Source: Chloroflexota bacterium
GTDB lineage: Bacteria; Chloroflexota; UBA11872; VXOZ01
NCBI GenBank assembly: GCA_965221905.1
Contig: OZ244922.1
Location: forward strand, 97,394-161,393
Direction of reading: 5' to 3'
DNA length: 64,000 nucleotides
How positions within the stretch are numbered: position 1 is the first letter of the stretch; each line of letters starts with the position of its first letter. The notes below the pieces were generated by a model that made no database searches, was not told where the DNA came from, and saw only the letters and a list, made by a program, of their open reading frames with translations. This document shows, piece after piece, positions 20,673 to 30,485 of the stretch. Made by a program: the position numbers and the translations under genes.

Positions 20673-22367
20673 CTATTTCCAAAACACAGCTGGTGACACC
20701 CTATCTCCAAGCCATGGTAAGACCGAATCTCTAAACCAATCTAGTACGTGCTCTGGCACCCCGGTTACGTCCACAGCAGTACCGTCACCCGTAACCGTTA
20801 CCCACTCCCAAGCGCCCTTCGTTGTCTCCGTTGTTACCTGCACGGCAATTTGGGTAGCACTGCCTGCGCCCTGCCAGGCTCCCGCAGAGAAATCACCTAT
20901 ACCTTCTAAGGTGCCGTCAGGTAAGCCCTCTACTCCTTGCCAGGTTTGCACTGCGATACCTCGCGTACCTAGTATTGCGCTCCTGGGGGCACCTCCTAGT
21001 CCTTGCCAAGCACCGTCCGAGTAATTCCCAATTCCATGCAAGGCATCCTCAGAGAAACCCCCAATGCCCTGCCAGGCCCTTTCGGAGGCATCGCCTGCGC
21101 TCTTCAAGGCTTTTTCAGAAGCATATTCAACAGCTTTCTGAAAGCTCTCAAATGAACTGGCAGCTTGTGCCCAGGCCTGCTTTGGTATTTCCTTTGAGTT
21201 GTTCCAGGCTGTCATTACCGGTTCAAAACCGATGCGTTCTACCCACTCACTACTAAGACTGTAGAATTCACGTCCGTAAAGCAAGAATGTCATCACCACC
21301 ATTACCGGAGCTAAGGAAGTCAACAGTGATCCCAAAGCCGGCACTACCATAACCAAACCAAGCACGATGCCAAGGACACCCACAGCAAACAATGAATCTT
21401 TGCCAACTCTCGCAGCCACACTCGAAAAGAGTTCAGATAGACTTATCTCGCCATCGTTATAACGTAGTCCTTCCTCCAAAGCTACAACTGCCACTTCGAC
21501 CACCGCAATGGCTGCAGCCCCAGGCAGGATAGGCCGAGCCGCCAGTCTTAATGCCTGATTGAATGCCGGCGAGCTCAACTCTCTACGAATCGAAGTGATC
21601 TGATTAGCCGCCAACTTCCTTTCGCCGCGGCTTAAATTTTGAAGTCGAATCTGCTCAGCTTCTTCAATTAACGCCCGCTGCGCTTGCTCAAACTCAATTT
21701 CCGTCATGGGCCTGTCGCCACGTAAGAGGTTCTTTATTCTATCTTCGAAGATGCCATTGCTGGCGAGGTCGCTCCCTCCATGGCTTTTTGGGACTATGTG
21801 ACTCCAATGTTTATCGGAGCGAAACTTGCTCAATGCTTCCTCTTCGCCTAACACAATTCCCAAAGGAATGGTCTTGTACACCTTATACGCTTCCTGGAGG
21901 GTCCGATATGGGACACCACCCGCGGTATGGTAATACTGCCGGTGACTTGGAGGCAGTTTCTCCCAGACTTGCCTGTATATCCACTCTTCCACAATCTCAT
22001 TCGGTCCAGCATGGAGTATCGGTTCAGGAAGCCGCCCCCATATGCTCTGGGTTCCGACCGTAGGGTTCCTACCGAAATCTGCAAAGAGGGAAGGAAGGTT
22101 GGGAATGCGGGACAAGCTTGCGGCAAAGGTGCTAGCGATCCAGAGGGACAAAGTACCAGTGCGAGCATATTGCTCTACGTCGGAGTCCTCGGTTCTTTCG
22201 ATCAAGTCAGCAATCGTATATGAATCGGGACTTTCACCAGCGGGGTCGGTGATTTCAGCGTGAGCAGGCCGTTTAAGGGCAAAGTGTAGACCGCAAGCTG
22301 CGAGGCTTGCGCCTGAGAACTGCAAGAAGGCTCTCCGGTCAAGAACTATTCGCTGTCTCTTTCCCAC
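20673..22367 (-). CDS. Tat-signal membrane protein with an HNH-like nuclease motif and C-terminal AWQGxGG repeats
   Basis: 564 aa; RRAFLQFSGASLAA twin-arginine signal; SHIVPKSHGGSDLASN matches colicin-DNase/HNH spacing (H-x2-P-x3-GG-x5-N) but lacks Zn cysteines; at least 3 TM helices (aa 270-350); four AWQG(x)GG repeats; GC about 50%. Confidence 0.55.
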   Translation of the reverse strand: MGKRQRIVLDRRAFLQFSGASLAACGLHFALKRPAHAEITDPAGESPDSYTIADLIERTEDSDVEQYARTGTLSLWIASTFAASLSRIPNLPSLFADFGRNPTVGTQSIWGRLPEPILHAGPNEIVEEWIYRQVWEKLPPSHRQYYHTAGGVPYRTLQEAYKVYKTIPLGIVLGEEEALSKFRSDKHWSHIVPKSHGGSDLASNGIFEDRIKNLLRGDRPMTEIEFEQAQRALIEEAEQIRLQNLSRGERKLAANQITSIRRELSSPAFNQALRLAARPILPGAAAIAVVEVAVVALEEGLRYNDGEISLSELFSSVAARVGKDSLFAVGVLGIVLGLVMVVPALGSLLTSLAPVMVVMTFLLYGREFYSLSSEWVERIGFEPVMTAWNNSKEIPKQAWAQAASSFESFQKAVEYASEKALKSAGDASERAWQGIGGFSEDALHGIGNYSDGAWQGLGGAPRSAILGTRGIAVQTWQGVEGLPDGTLEGIGDFSAGAWQGAGSATQIAVQVTTETTKGAWEWVTVTGDGTAVDVTGVPEHVLDWFRDSVLPWLGDRVSPAVFWK

Positions 22368-22486
22368 TCGTTACTCCCCAGCCTCTTTTTCCAATCCCTT
22401 TGACATTCTACCGAGAACTCTAGATTCCTCGCTGCGCTCGGAATGACAATAATTGAAGGAACGAAGCCATAAGTAGATGCGAGGCC

Positions 22487-24028
22487 TCAGAACCACCTAG
22501 TTATCACCACTTTCCGTTCGGTGAAGAAGTCTATGGCGTCGCGGCCTTGGCCGTGGAGGGTGCCGAAGAAGGACTCTTTAGCGCCGCTGAAGGGGAAGTA
22601 GGCCATGGGCGCGGCCACGCCTACGTTGATGCCGATATTGCCGGTGGGCGCGCGGTAGCGAAATTCGCGGGCCGCCGCGCCGTCTTGGGTAAAGATCGAT
22701 GCGGCGTTGCCGTAGCGTTGGTTCTCGATCAGGGTGATGGCATCATCGAGCGTATCCACGTGGAGCATGCTGAGCACCGGGCCGAATATTTCGTCGGTGA
22801 AGAGCGCCATATCGGGCTGCACCCGGTCGAAGATGGTCGCGCCGACGAACGCGCCGTTTTCATTCTGCTCCGCCGCTGCCCCGCGGCCGTCCAGGAGCAG
22901 CGCCGCGCCTTCGTCCACGCCGCGCTCGATGCAGCCGAGAATGCGCTCCTTGGCGGTGTGGGAGATCACCGGGCCGAGCTCGACGCCGTCATCCGCGCCG
23001 TTGCCTACAGTAAGCGATCCGGCAGCTTCCACAATGGCGTCGCGCACGCGGTCGTGTCCCTCGCCCACCGTCACCACCACCGAACCGGCCAGGCAGCGTT
23101 GTCCGGCGGAGCCAAATGCCGAGTTGATCACGTTGCTCACCGTCTCATTCAGCGCGGCGTCGGGCATGACCACGAGCACATTCTTCGCGCCGCCCTGGGC
23201 CTGCACGCGCTTGCCCTGCTCGCCCGCGCGGGCGTAAAGATACCGGGCCGTTGGCGTGGAGCCGACGAACGAGATGCCGCGCACCTGCGGATTATCGAGC
23301 AGGGCGTCCACGGCCTCCTTGGAACCGTTCACCACGTTAATGACGCCGGGCGGAAAGCCGCAGGCGTCCAGCTCCTCGAAAATGAGCTGCATGCTGGTCG
23401 GCACCTGCTCCGAGGGCTTGATGATGTAGGTATTGCCGCAGGCGACGGCGTAGGGCCAGAACCAGAACGGCACCATGAGCGGGAAGTTGAACGGACACAC
23501 CGCCGCGAAGACTCCCAGCGGCTGGCGCACCACGTCTTCATCGATGCCTTTGGCGGCGCCGTCCTCCAGGCCGTAACCCATGAGCAGCGACGGAATACCG
23601 CACGCTACTTCGACGTTTTCGATAGCGCGGCGCACGGAGCCGCGCGCGTCCTCCAGGGTCTTGCCGTGTTCCTGCGTGACGGCGTTGGCAAGGTCTTCGA
23701 AACGCTCTTCCATGCGCGCTTTGACCGCGAATAGCAGACGCGCACGCTCCAAAGGCGGCGTGGCGCGCCAGGCGGGAAAGGCCGCGTGCGCCGCTGCCAC
23801 CGCCGCGTCGGTATCTTCTTTGGACGAGATGGGAACCTGAGCAATCACGTCACCGTTTGCCGGGTTCGTCACGTCCAGATACGTCTCTGTTTGCGGCGTC
23901 ACCCAACCGCCGTCCACGTAGTTGCGGAGCTTTGGAGGGGCGATCTCCGTGCCGGTGTCGGATTGCTTGATTTGGGTTTGCATGGGTCGATCCTTAAAGT
24001 ACTCTACGCTTTCACAAGTGTTGCTCAT
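22487..24028 (-). CDS. Aldehyde dehydrogenase family, methylmalonate-semialdehyde dehydrogenase-like
   Basis: 513 aa; ALDH fold with catalytic Cys/Glu regions; N-terminus resembles MmsA. Confidence 0.8.
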   Translation of the reverse strand: MSNTCESVEYFKDRPMQTQIKQSDTGTEIAPPKLRNYVDGGWVTPQTETYLDVTNPANGDVIAQVPISSKEDTDAAVAAAHAAFPAWRATPPLERARLLFAVKARMEERFEDLANAVTQEHGKTLEDARGSVRRAIENVEVACGIPSLLMGYGLEDGAAKGIDEDVVRQPLGVFAAVCPFNFPLMVPFWFWPYAVACGNTYIIKPSEQVPTSMQLIFEELDACGFPPGVINVVNGSKEAVDALLDNPQVRGISFVGSTPTARYLYARAGEQGKRVQAQGGAKNVLVVMPDAALNETVSNVINSAFGSAGQRCLAGSVVVTVGEGHDRVRDAIVEAAGSLTVGNGADDGVELGPVISHTAKERILGCIERGVDEGAALLLDGRGAAAEQNENGAFVGATIFDRVQPDMALFTDEIFGPVLSMLHVDTLDDAITLIENQRYGNAASIFTQDGAAAREFRYRAPTGNIGINVGVAAPMAYFPFSGAKESFFGTLHGQGRDAIDFFTERKVVITRWF

Positions 24029-24427
24029 TCTGACTAAAGACTAGATGGTGGTCATTATAGTGTATGCGAGACACTTCGTACGGGGGCAAACCCAAGACTT
24101 TAGTGCAACGGCCTATGCGCACTGGCTCATTCGCTGGGTTACTCAAGGAGGTAGTGATGCGACGCTCTTTTGGTGTCCAAGAGAAGAAGCCATTCATCCT
24201 TCGGCCCTTCGACATGCTCAGGACAGGCACGCTCAGGATGAACGGTACGAACATCTCCAACGGAAAGTCGCCGCTTGTGGCTGGCAAAGTGAGGTATAAA
24301 CGGCAATGAGGCAAGTGTTTCTGACTCACTCCCTCTATGGTGGGGGGGAATTAGTTACAGGAGTCTTGCACTAAAGAGCGGGGGACAAGCCCCCGCTCTA
24401 CGGTTTCGGAGTCGCATTTAGGAGGAT

Positions 24428-24441
24428 GGGGGGGGGGGGGG
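24428..24441. repeat. Homopolymeric G14 tract (intergenic)
   Basis: atg-g14-tgatc at 24428-24441. Confidence 0.9.
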
Positions 24442-24516
24442 TGATCGTTGGGATGAAGACCGAATAATCCTGTACGTACGCCAAGACGGCAAGTGATGGG
24501 GCCGTCGGTTCCTTAA

Positions 24517-24552
24517 CGACCGTAGGGGCACGGCATGCCGTGCCCCTACGGT
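24517..24552. repeat. 36-bp perfect palindrome gaccgtaggggcacggca|tgccgtgcccctacggtc
   Basis: Exact reverse-complement symmetry. Confidence 0.95.
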
Positions 24553-24735
24553 CTCACGCTTATGCGCCCTCACCCTAACCCTCTCCCACGGGGAGAGGGA
24601 ACAGTCGAGGAAGTTATCGCCCTCGCCTTAGCCCCCTTTACGCAGCGGGAGAGGGGACTTCAGGCTCAGTGAAAGACTTCTGTCTTGTCCAACGTGGTAG
24701 TGCACGTGTTTCTCACTTGCAGGGCGTTGTGCGGG

Positions 24736-26100
24736 CTACTGGTTACTCTCCCATTCGTCCACTGCGGCCTGCATCTGCTTGATTGCCAGTTCAATGGTCT
24801 CCTCGGCGGTGAGCGCCCCTTCCTCCACGAACGCGCGGATCGGGCCGGTTCCCGCAGAGGCGATAGCGCTCGAGGCCGGGTGCGGGAAGTAGCTGGTGGC
24901 GTAACCAATGGCCTTGACGAACGCGCTCTGGTCGGCGGGTCGCGGATCGTCCGCCGGTGGTGCGAACGTGTCCGCCGCCGAATTTAGCGCAGGCACGGAC
25001 CAGCCCTCGCTGCCCATCCAGCGCTGGTGCTTCTCCCCCATTGTCCAGATAGCGAACGCTTGCGCGTCCGGATTCTCGGCACCGCCCTCCAACAGGCCCA
25101 TCTGCTCGTGCCCGTTGAACGCGCCGCGAATTCTGGTGCCAGAGATTTCAGTATAAGGCACTTCCACCGTGGAAAACTCGAACGGGTCCGCTTCGCGGAA
25201 GGGCTTCATGATGAATGTGCCGCCCAGCACCATGGCGACCTTGCCGGTGGGAAAGACCCCGGTGCCGTAATAATCCTCTGCAGCGGCCAGGTCTTCCCGA
25301 TTGGGCGAGGCGCGGAATTTCTCAACCGAATCCTTCAGTATTAACTGAGTGAGGTGCACGGCAATTTCGCGGTCCACCACGACGTTGCCGTCCGAATCCA
25401 ACATACCCGAGTAGAGGAGCGGATAGTACGACCAGGCGTAGCTCAAGGCAGAGATACCCCAGCGCGTGCGCTCCTCGCCTTGGTTCAGGCGGCTGGCAAT
25501 GTCGGCGGAAACCGCGATGGTCTCTTCCCACGACATGTCATTTGTCGGCGGATTCTGGCCCGCTTCATCGAACATGTCACCTCTGTAGAAGAGCGCGGTG
25601 GTATTCGAGCCGGTGGGCACGCCCATAGTCTTGCCGCGCCAGGTGACGGCTTCGAAGAGCCGCCCGGCGAAATCAGCCTGATTTATGCCGGCGGCGGCCA
25701 TGATGGGACCGGCATCCAGCCAATTGTCCGCCAGAATGTGGGGCGCTGATGAGGTATTTGCGATATCCGGGATTTCACCGGCAGCCAGCAACGGCGGCAG
25801 GCTGCGTTTCCAGTGCTCCCACGTGATCCTCCACGTGACCTCGGGATACTCTTCCCCGAAGAGTTCCATGGCGGTATTCCAGCGCAATTGGCTGGTCTCG
25901 TCGCCCATCCACACGGCCCAAACCGGCGTGTGCTCCACCATGGGCGCTTCTTTGGCCTCGGCCTTCGGCGCCTCCTCTACTTTTTCCATTTCCGGAGCAG
26001 CCGTCGTCTGCACCTGACCGCACGCGGCGAGTAACGCGACGCCCGAAATGCCGAGCGTGCCGCCTAGTACCGTTCTTCTGGATAGATTCGTTGTAGACAT
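24736..26100 (-). CDS. ABC transporter substrate-binding lipoprotein (family 1), Tat-type signal
   Basis: MSTTNLSRRTVLGGTLGISGVALLAAC signal and lipobox; Ala/Pro/Glu-rich linker as in the other SBPs. Confidence 0.7.
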   Translation of the reverse strand: MSTTNLSRRTVLGGTLGISGVALLAACGQVQTTAAPEMEKVEEAPKAEAKEAPMVEHTPVWAVWMGDETSQLRWNTAMELFGEEYPEVTWRITWEHWKRSLPPLLAAGEIPDIANTSSAPHILADNWLDAGPIMAAAGINQADFAGRLFEAVTWRGKTMGVPTGSNTTALFYRGDMFDEAGQNPPTNDMSWEETIAVSADIASRLNQGEERTRWGISALSYAWSYYPLLYSGMLDSDGNVVVDREIAVHLTQLILKDSVEKFRASPNREDLAAAEDYYGTGVFPTGKVAMVLGGTFIMKPFREADPFEFSTVEVPYTEISGTRIRGAFNGHEQMGLLEGGAENPDAQAFAIWTMGEKHQRWMGSEGWSVPALNSAADTFAPPADDPRPADQSAFVKAIGYATSYFPHPASSAIASAGTGPIRAFVEEGALTAEETIELAIKQMQAAVDEWESNQ

Positions 26101-26438
26101 TAGAAGTGTCTCCTATTATGTTGCACCAGTGGAATCCTCGGTCTGCCACAGGCCGATGCTTTGCGCCCATTGCCACGTGCGCGTCGGATATCGAGGATTA
26201 GCGAAATATTAGCAAGCGGAGCATTGACCCGTAAGTGGGTTGCCACCTCCTTTTCTCCGCGTTGCACATGCTTACACAATACGCCTTACGGCATATAGTT
26301 GTCAAGGTATATCCTGACCACCGGCTCGCGCCAGGAGCTCCGCTGATCGTCTCTGACAGGTGATTTCAACAGGCTCTACGCTGCCGGTAAAAGGAAGAAA
26401 GGCATGATCTCTACCGAACGACCAGCCTTGTCGCCGGG

Positions 26439-26759
26439 TTAGCTCCCCTCTTCCTTTTGGGCGCTATGCAGCGCTATGGCATCCTCCAGCAACTTTGAGT
26501 TTGATTTCGCCAGTGTCTGAATGTCCGTCAGGAGGATGGTATCGGACTCACTGACCTTATTCTCAGCCCGCTGTTTCATCCTCCTCAGCAGGAAAAGCGA
26601 CAACACCACAATTACGACTGCTACTGCCGCGAGGCCATATGCGAGCCGGGCCGCTAGTTCGCTATCTGTGAGCGAAGCATCCGTGATGGAGGCCACAAAT
26701 ACCAGAGCGCATATCCAGGCCAGGCTAGATATTCCGCCATAAGAGCGCCAAAACTTCAT
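26439..26759 (-). CDS. Small two-TM membrane protein, hypothetical
   Basis: 106 aa; two hydrophobic helices. Confidence 0.4.
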   Translation of the reverse strand: MKFWRSYGGISSLAWICALVFVASITDASLTDSELAARLAYGLAAVAVVIVVLSLFLLRRMKQRAENKVSESDTILLTDIQTLAKSNSKLLEDAIALHSAQKEEGS

Positions 26760-26895
26760 TCTTGATCCTCCTTGTGGAAAACACTAGGTTTGTTTCGTCA
26801 GTCCTTGCACCGGCGAAACGCGGGATACTTCCTTTGTCAACCATTTCTTGACAATACGCCTATAGACTATCACATACAAACCGTCGTCAATACCG

Positions 26896-27729
26896 TTAAG
26901 TGCCAAATAGCCGCTCTGCGTTGCCCCTGAAGAGCGCTTGCTTTGTGTCATCCGCTACGTCAGCGTATTCGATGCTGAGCTTGGCTGATTCGGCGTAGTT
27001 GATCGGCAGGTTCGTGCCGAAGAGCAAGTGGTCCGCGCCCATGAGCGCGCAGAGGTCGTCCACGTCGCCGATGGGTCCCTGCACCCGCGAGTTTTCGAAG
27101 TAGAGGTTGTCCTGGTGGTAGGCGGAGGACCAGAGGCTGCGCACCTCGGAAAAGGTAGCCCCGCAAACCAAGAAGCGCACACCCGGAAAGCCATTAATCG
27201 CCTCCGCCGCGTCGATCATCGTCACCGAGGGCACTTTCATCAGCCAGTGAGCAAAGCGGGGGTCCTCCACGCCGATTGAGATGAGCACGACCAGGCCATG
27301 CTCCTCGGCCTTGCCCAAGAGTGCCTGCGCCTGGTCGTCGAGAAAGTGGTACTGCTGGTAGTTGGGATAGCCTCGCGCTTCGACTATACGCGGCACGTTG
27401 CCTTTGAGGCGGCTGTATTGATGGTAATTCGGGTGTAGGCGCAGGTTCCGCATGCCGAAGTCGTTGAGGCATATCTCCAGGTCGTGTTCCCAGCCGGGAA
27501 AGCCGGGGTTAATGGTGTAGGCCGGGATAAAACGGTCGGGGTACCGCTGCGCGATGGCGTGCAGCTCTTCGTTCCCTACCAAGAGGTCCTTATAGAAGAC
27601 GTTCTCCAAGCGCGAGACGACCGCCTTCTCGATGCCGAGGTCGTCCATCTTGCGTAGACGGTCTTCCGGCTGGGCGTAGGGCAAGCGGCGAAACGGCCAC
27701 TCGCCGAGAAAGGCGTTCACATCGATCAT
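26896..27729 (-). CDS. Amidohydrolase-2 family protein (ACMSD/LigJ-like)
   Basis: 277 aa; MIDVNAFLGEWPFR N-terminus typical of PF04909. Confidence 0.65.
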   Translation of the reverse strand: MIDVNAFLGEWPFRRLPYAQPEDRLRKMDDLGIEKAVVSRLENVFYKDLLVGNEELHAIAQRYPDRFIPAYTINPGFPGWEHDLEICLNDFGMRNLRLHPNYHQYSRLKGNVPRIVEARGYPNYQQYHFLDDQAQALLGKAEEHGLVVLISIGVEDPRFAHWLMKVPSVTMIDAAEAINGFPGVRFLVCGATFSEVRSLWSSAYHQDNLYFENSRVQGPIGDVDDLCALMGADHLLFGTNLPINYAESAKLSIEYADVADDTKQALFRGNAERLFGT

Positions 27730-27755
27730 GAGGCGACTATCCTATTGGAATTTAT

Positions 27756-27905
27756 TGATATTTTCCGTCATTCCGGCGAAAGCCGGAATCTAGTCTCTTG
27801 ATTAGAGACGAGCGTCCTGGGTTATTCTCCGTATCACGTGCGGGGCCAGAAACCATCTTCGCTGCATCCCTGGACTCCGGCGGAAGCCGGAATGACGAGC
27901 CGACC
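27756..27905. repeat. GTCATTCCGGCG-GNRA-hairpin repeat element (left arm cgtcattccggcgaaagccggaatc, right arm ctccggcggaagccggaatgacg)
   Basis: Related copies at 45775-45850, 46015-46045, 20010-20050 and 20500-20537; translate to FRRNDG/IPAFAGMT-type spurious peptides. Confidence 0.75.
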
Positions 27906-28085
27906 GCCTCTCTTGTTACCGCCCTTGACCTGGAGCGTCCGATTTGGCTGCATTCTTTACGCATCGCTGATTTCATGCTGGGTTCTTGCAGCTTTTTCAC
28001 ACTAGAACCAATTTGCCAACGATGTTTCTGACAGTTACAAGCGGGACAGGCACGAAAACTCGTTCATAGCAAACGGACTTGTATC

Positions 28086-28862
28086 TCAAAGATCAATACG
28101 TTCTAACTCCTGCTGCCGGTCGAAGATGCGCTGCACGTTGGAGCAGAGGATCTTCTCTTTCTCCGCAGCAGTGAGGTCGGCGCCCCATATCTTAGACAGT
28201 TGCGACGTGAACGACCGGCCGGAAGCGTCGCTGCCGTAGACGACGTGATCGGCGCCGACGTGCCTGACGAGGATTTCTGTGTAGCCGTTGTTCGCCTCGT
28301 TGCCGCCCACGTCCATCAGGACGTTAGGGAGACCGAGAGCGCACTTAGCGCCGACTTCGATATCACCGGCGGCATGGCCGAAGAAGAACGTAACGTCCGG
28401 GTGGCGCAGCGCCATTTCGCGCATGTCCGGGCCGCTGGTCTCGGTAGGCAAGTTGCCCGTAACCTCCGCGAACGTGTGCTGCAGCACGGGCAGGCGATAC
28501 TCGGCGCAGATCTGCATGATGCCGTCCACAATTGGGTTATTGCCCCGGACCGCTTCCCAAAGCTTGACCCCTTGGCGTCCCCGGAACCCTTTTACGCGGC
28601 GCTCCAATTCGTCGCAGGCGAACTGCCCGTGCACGGGATTGAGGTACCAGAACGGTATCACCCGCTGTGGGTGCTGCCGGGCGAGGCCCAAGGTGCGGCC
28701 GTTGCAGGCAGTCACGAATTCGCGTGACGGGAAGTTAGGCGAAGCGCTGCCTTCCAGGTTGATGCTGTTCGTGCAGAGCACCATGTCGAGGCGCTCCGCT
28801 TGCGCGAGCGCTCTCTGCATCATTTGCACGCTGCGGAAGTGTACGTGCACGTCGTAGATCAT
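28086..28862 (-). CDS. Amidohydrolase-2 family protein, paralog A
   Basis: 258 aa; MIYDVHVHFRS...; about 55% identical to the adjacent gene. Confidence 0.7.
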   Translation of the reverse strand: MIYDVHVHFRSVQMMQRALAQAERLDMVLCTNSINLEGSASPNFPSREFVTACNGRTLGLARQHPQRVIPFWYLNPVHGQFACDELERRVKGFRGRQGVKLWEAVRGNNPIVDGIMQICAEYRLPVLQHTFAEVTGNLPTETSGPDMREMALRHPDVTFFFGHAAGDIEVGAKCALGLPNVLMDVGGNEANNGYTEILVRHVGADHVVYGSDASGRSFTSQLSKIWGADLTAAEKEKILCSNVQRIFDRQQELERIDL

Positions 28863-29072
28863 CGCTTGACCTCCGCAAGGGGCGCTTGGACTAAGCAGTC
28901 AGATTCGGCCAATGTATTCTGGTTCGCGGAAGAACGGGCTCTATCAACGCCCCGTAGCGCGGGGGCTTGTCCCCCGCCTCTTAGTGCCAAGAGTCACCAC
29001 CATCTCGTGCAAGGCGCCTCGCACCACGCCTCCTTTGGCGATACTCCCTCCCGCTGCCACTTCATGATACCT

Positions 29073-29828
29073 CTACCTGGCAAAGAGTGCCGCGGCATTC
29101 CCGTAAAGAATCTTGTCGCGCTCGATTTCTGCAATGTCCGCGCCGTAAACCTTTGCCAACTGCGACGTGAACGACCTGCCCGTCGCATCGCTCCCAAAAA
29201 CAACACGCCCGGCTCCCAGGTAGCGGACGAGCATTTCAGTATAGCCGTTCGTCGCCTCGTTGCCGCCGATATCCATCAGCACGTTGTTAAGGCCGAGGGC
29301 GCACTTCACGCCGTACTCGAGGTCGCTGCCCGCGTGACCCCAAAGAAACGTGACGTCAGGATGCCGCAACGCCATCTGCCGCATCTCTTGCGGCGTGGTC
29401 TCGGTGGGGAGGGTGCCTGCCACCTCGATATTGGTGTGCTGCAGCACCGGCAGGCAATGCTGCGCGCAGAGGTCTAGCACGGGATCGAGCCGCGAATCAT
29501 CCCCCTTTACCGCCATCCAGAGCTTAACGCCCTGGGAACCCTCGTGGCGCGCGAGCCGCTGCCTCAGTTCCGCGCAAGCCGTTTCGCCGTGCGCCGGATT
29601 GAGGTACCAGAAGGGAATGACGCGCTGCGGATTCGCCTGCGCCGCCGCCTGTGTGCGGTCGTTGCAGGCTGTCACGAACTTTGCCGACGGGAAATGCGGC
29701 GAGGCGGTGCCTTCAAGATTGATCGTGTTCAGGCAGAGTACCATGTCAAGCTGCTCAGCCTGGCGCAGCGCCTGCGCAAGTTGCGCTTCGGAGCGATAGT
29801 GCACGTGTACGTCAATGACCATGGGCAA
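29073..29828 (-). CDS. Amidohydrolase-2 family protein, paralog B (tandem duplicate)
   Basis: 251 aa; MVIDVHVHYRS...; collinear similarity to 28086..28862. Confidence 0.7.
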   Translation of the reverse strand: MPMVIDVHVHYRSEAQLAQALRQAEQLDMVLCLNTINLEGTASPHFPSAKFVTACNDRTQAAAQANPQRVIPFWYLNPAHGETACAELRQRLARHEGSQGVKLWMAVKGDDSRLDPVLDLCAQHCLPVLQHTNIEVAGTLPTETTPQEMRQMALRHPDVTFLWGHAGSDLEYGVKCALGLNNVLMDIGGNEATNGYTEMLVRYLGAGRVVFGSDATGRSFTSQLAKVYGADIAEIERDKILYGNAAALFAR

Positions 29829-29984
29829 GAATTTATCTAGATCCAGTGACCCGAACGGCCCTGTGGCTCATAATCTATGGTAGCGGCAATTGCCGAACGT
29901 TGCGGGTAGAGTGCGCCGCAGGATATTACAATAGAAATTAGACGGATGTGCTGTGCCGTTGCGAGAGATTACGTGAAGGAGATG

Positions 29985-30428
29985 CCGGTGGCTGATTCGC
30001 TCGACGACATCAAGGAACGCTATGAGGCGCTCGACTTGCGGCTGGAAGCTGCCGATCCGGACGACATAGACCCCGCGTGCCTACTAACTTTTCCGTACGA
30101 CTATGCCGACAATCCCGCCGAGGTGATGATCGAGACCAACGAGTTTACGGCGGTCTGTCCGTGGACCGGCTTGCCGGACACCGGCAACTTGACCGTTACG
30201 TACGTACCGCGCGGGCAATGCATCGAGCTCAAGTCGCTCAAATACTATCTGCTGTCCTACCGGCAGGTCGGCATTGTGCAGGAACATGCCGCCAGCCGCA
30301 TTCTCAATGATCTCGTGCAGGCGTGCGGTCCGCGCGCAATGACCGTGTGCTTGGATTATACGCCCCGGGGCGGACTGCACACGGTGGTGACGGTGCGGTA
30401 TCCGCCTGAGACCTCTGGCGCGGATTAG
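29985..30428 (+). CDS. queF: NADPH-dependent 7-cyano-7-deazaguanine (preQ0) reductase QueF
   Basis: 147 aa from the ATG after GAAGGAG; catalytic Cys in FTAVCPWTGLPD and QueF motif ELKSLKYYL. Confidence 0.85.
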   Translation, partial: PVADSLDDIKERYEALDLRLEAADPDDIDPACLLTFPYDYADNPAEVMIETNEFTAVCPWTGLPDTGNLTVTYVPRGQCIELKSLKYYLLSYRQVGIVQEHAASRILNDLVQACGPRAMTVCLDYTPRGGLHTVVTVRYPPETSGAD

Positions 30429-30485
30429 TCTTCGAGGGACTTCTCGCTTGGCGTACTCGCCACCCTCCGCAACCAAACTATGTGA

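Noticed and set aside
20605-21024. ORF of 139 aa, plus strand
   Set aside because: It lies antisense to the 564-aa membrane protein gene.
27752-28000. ORF of 82 aa, minus strand
   Set aside because: It is a translation of the GTCATTCC hairpin repeat (FRRNDG motif). It is a known type of junk ORF.
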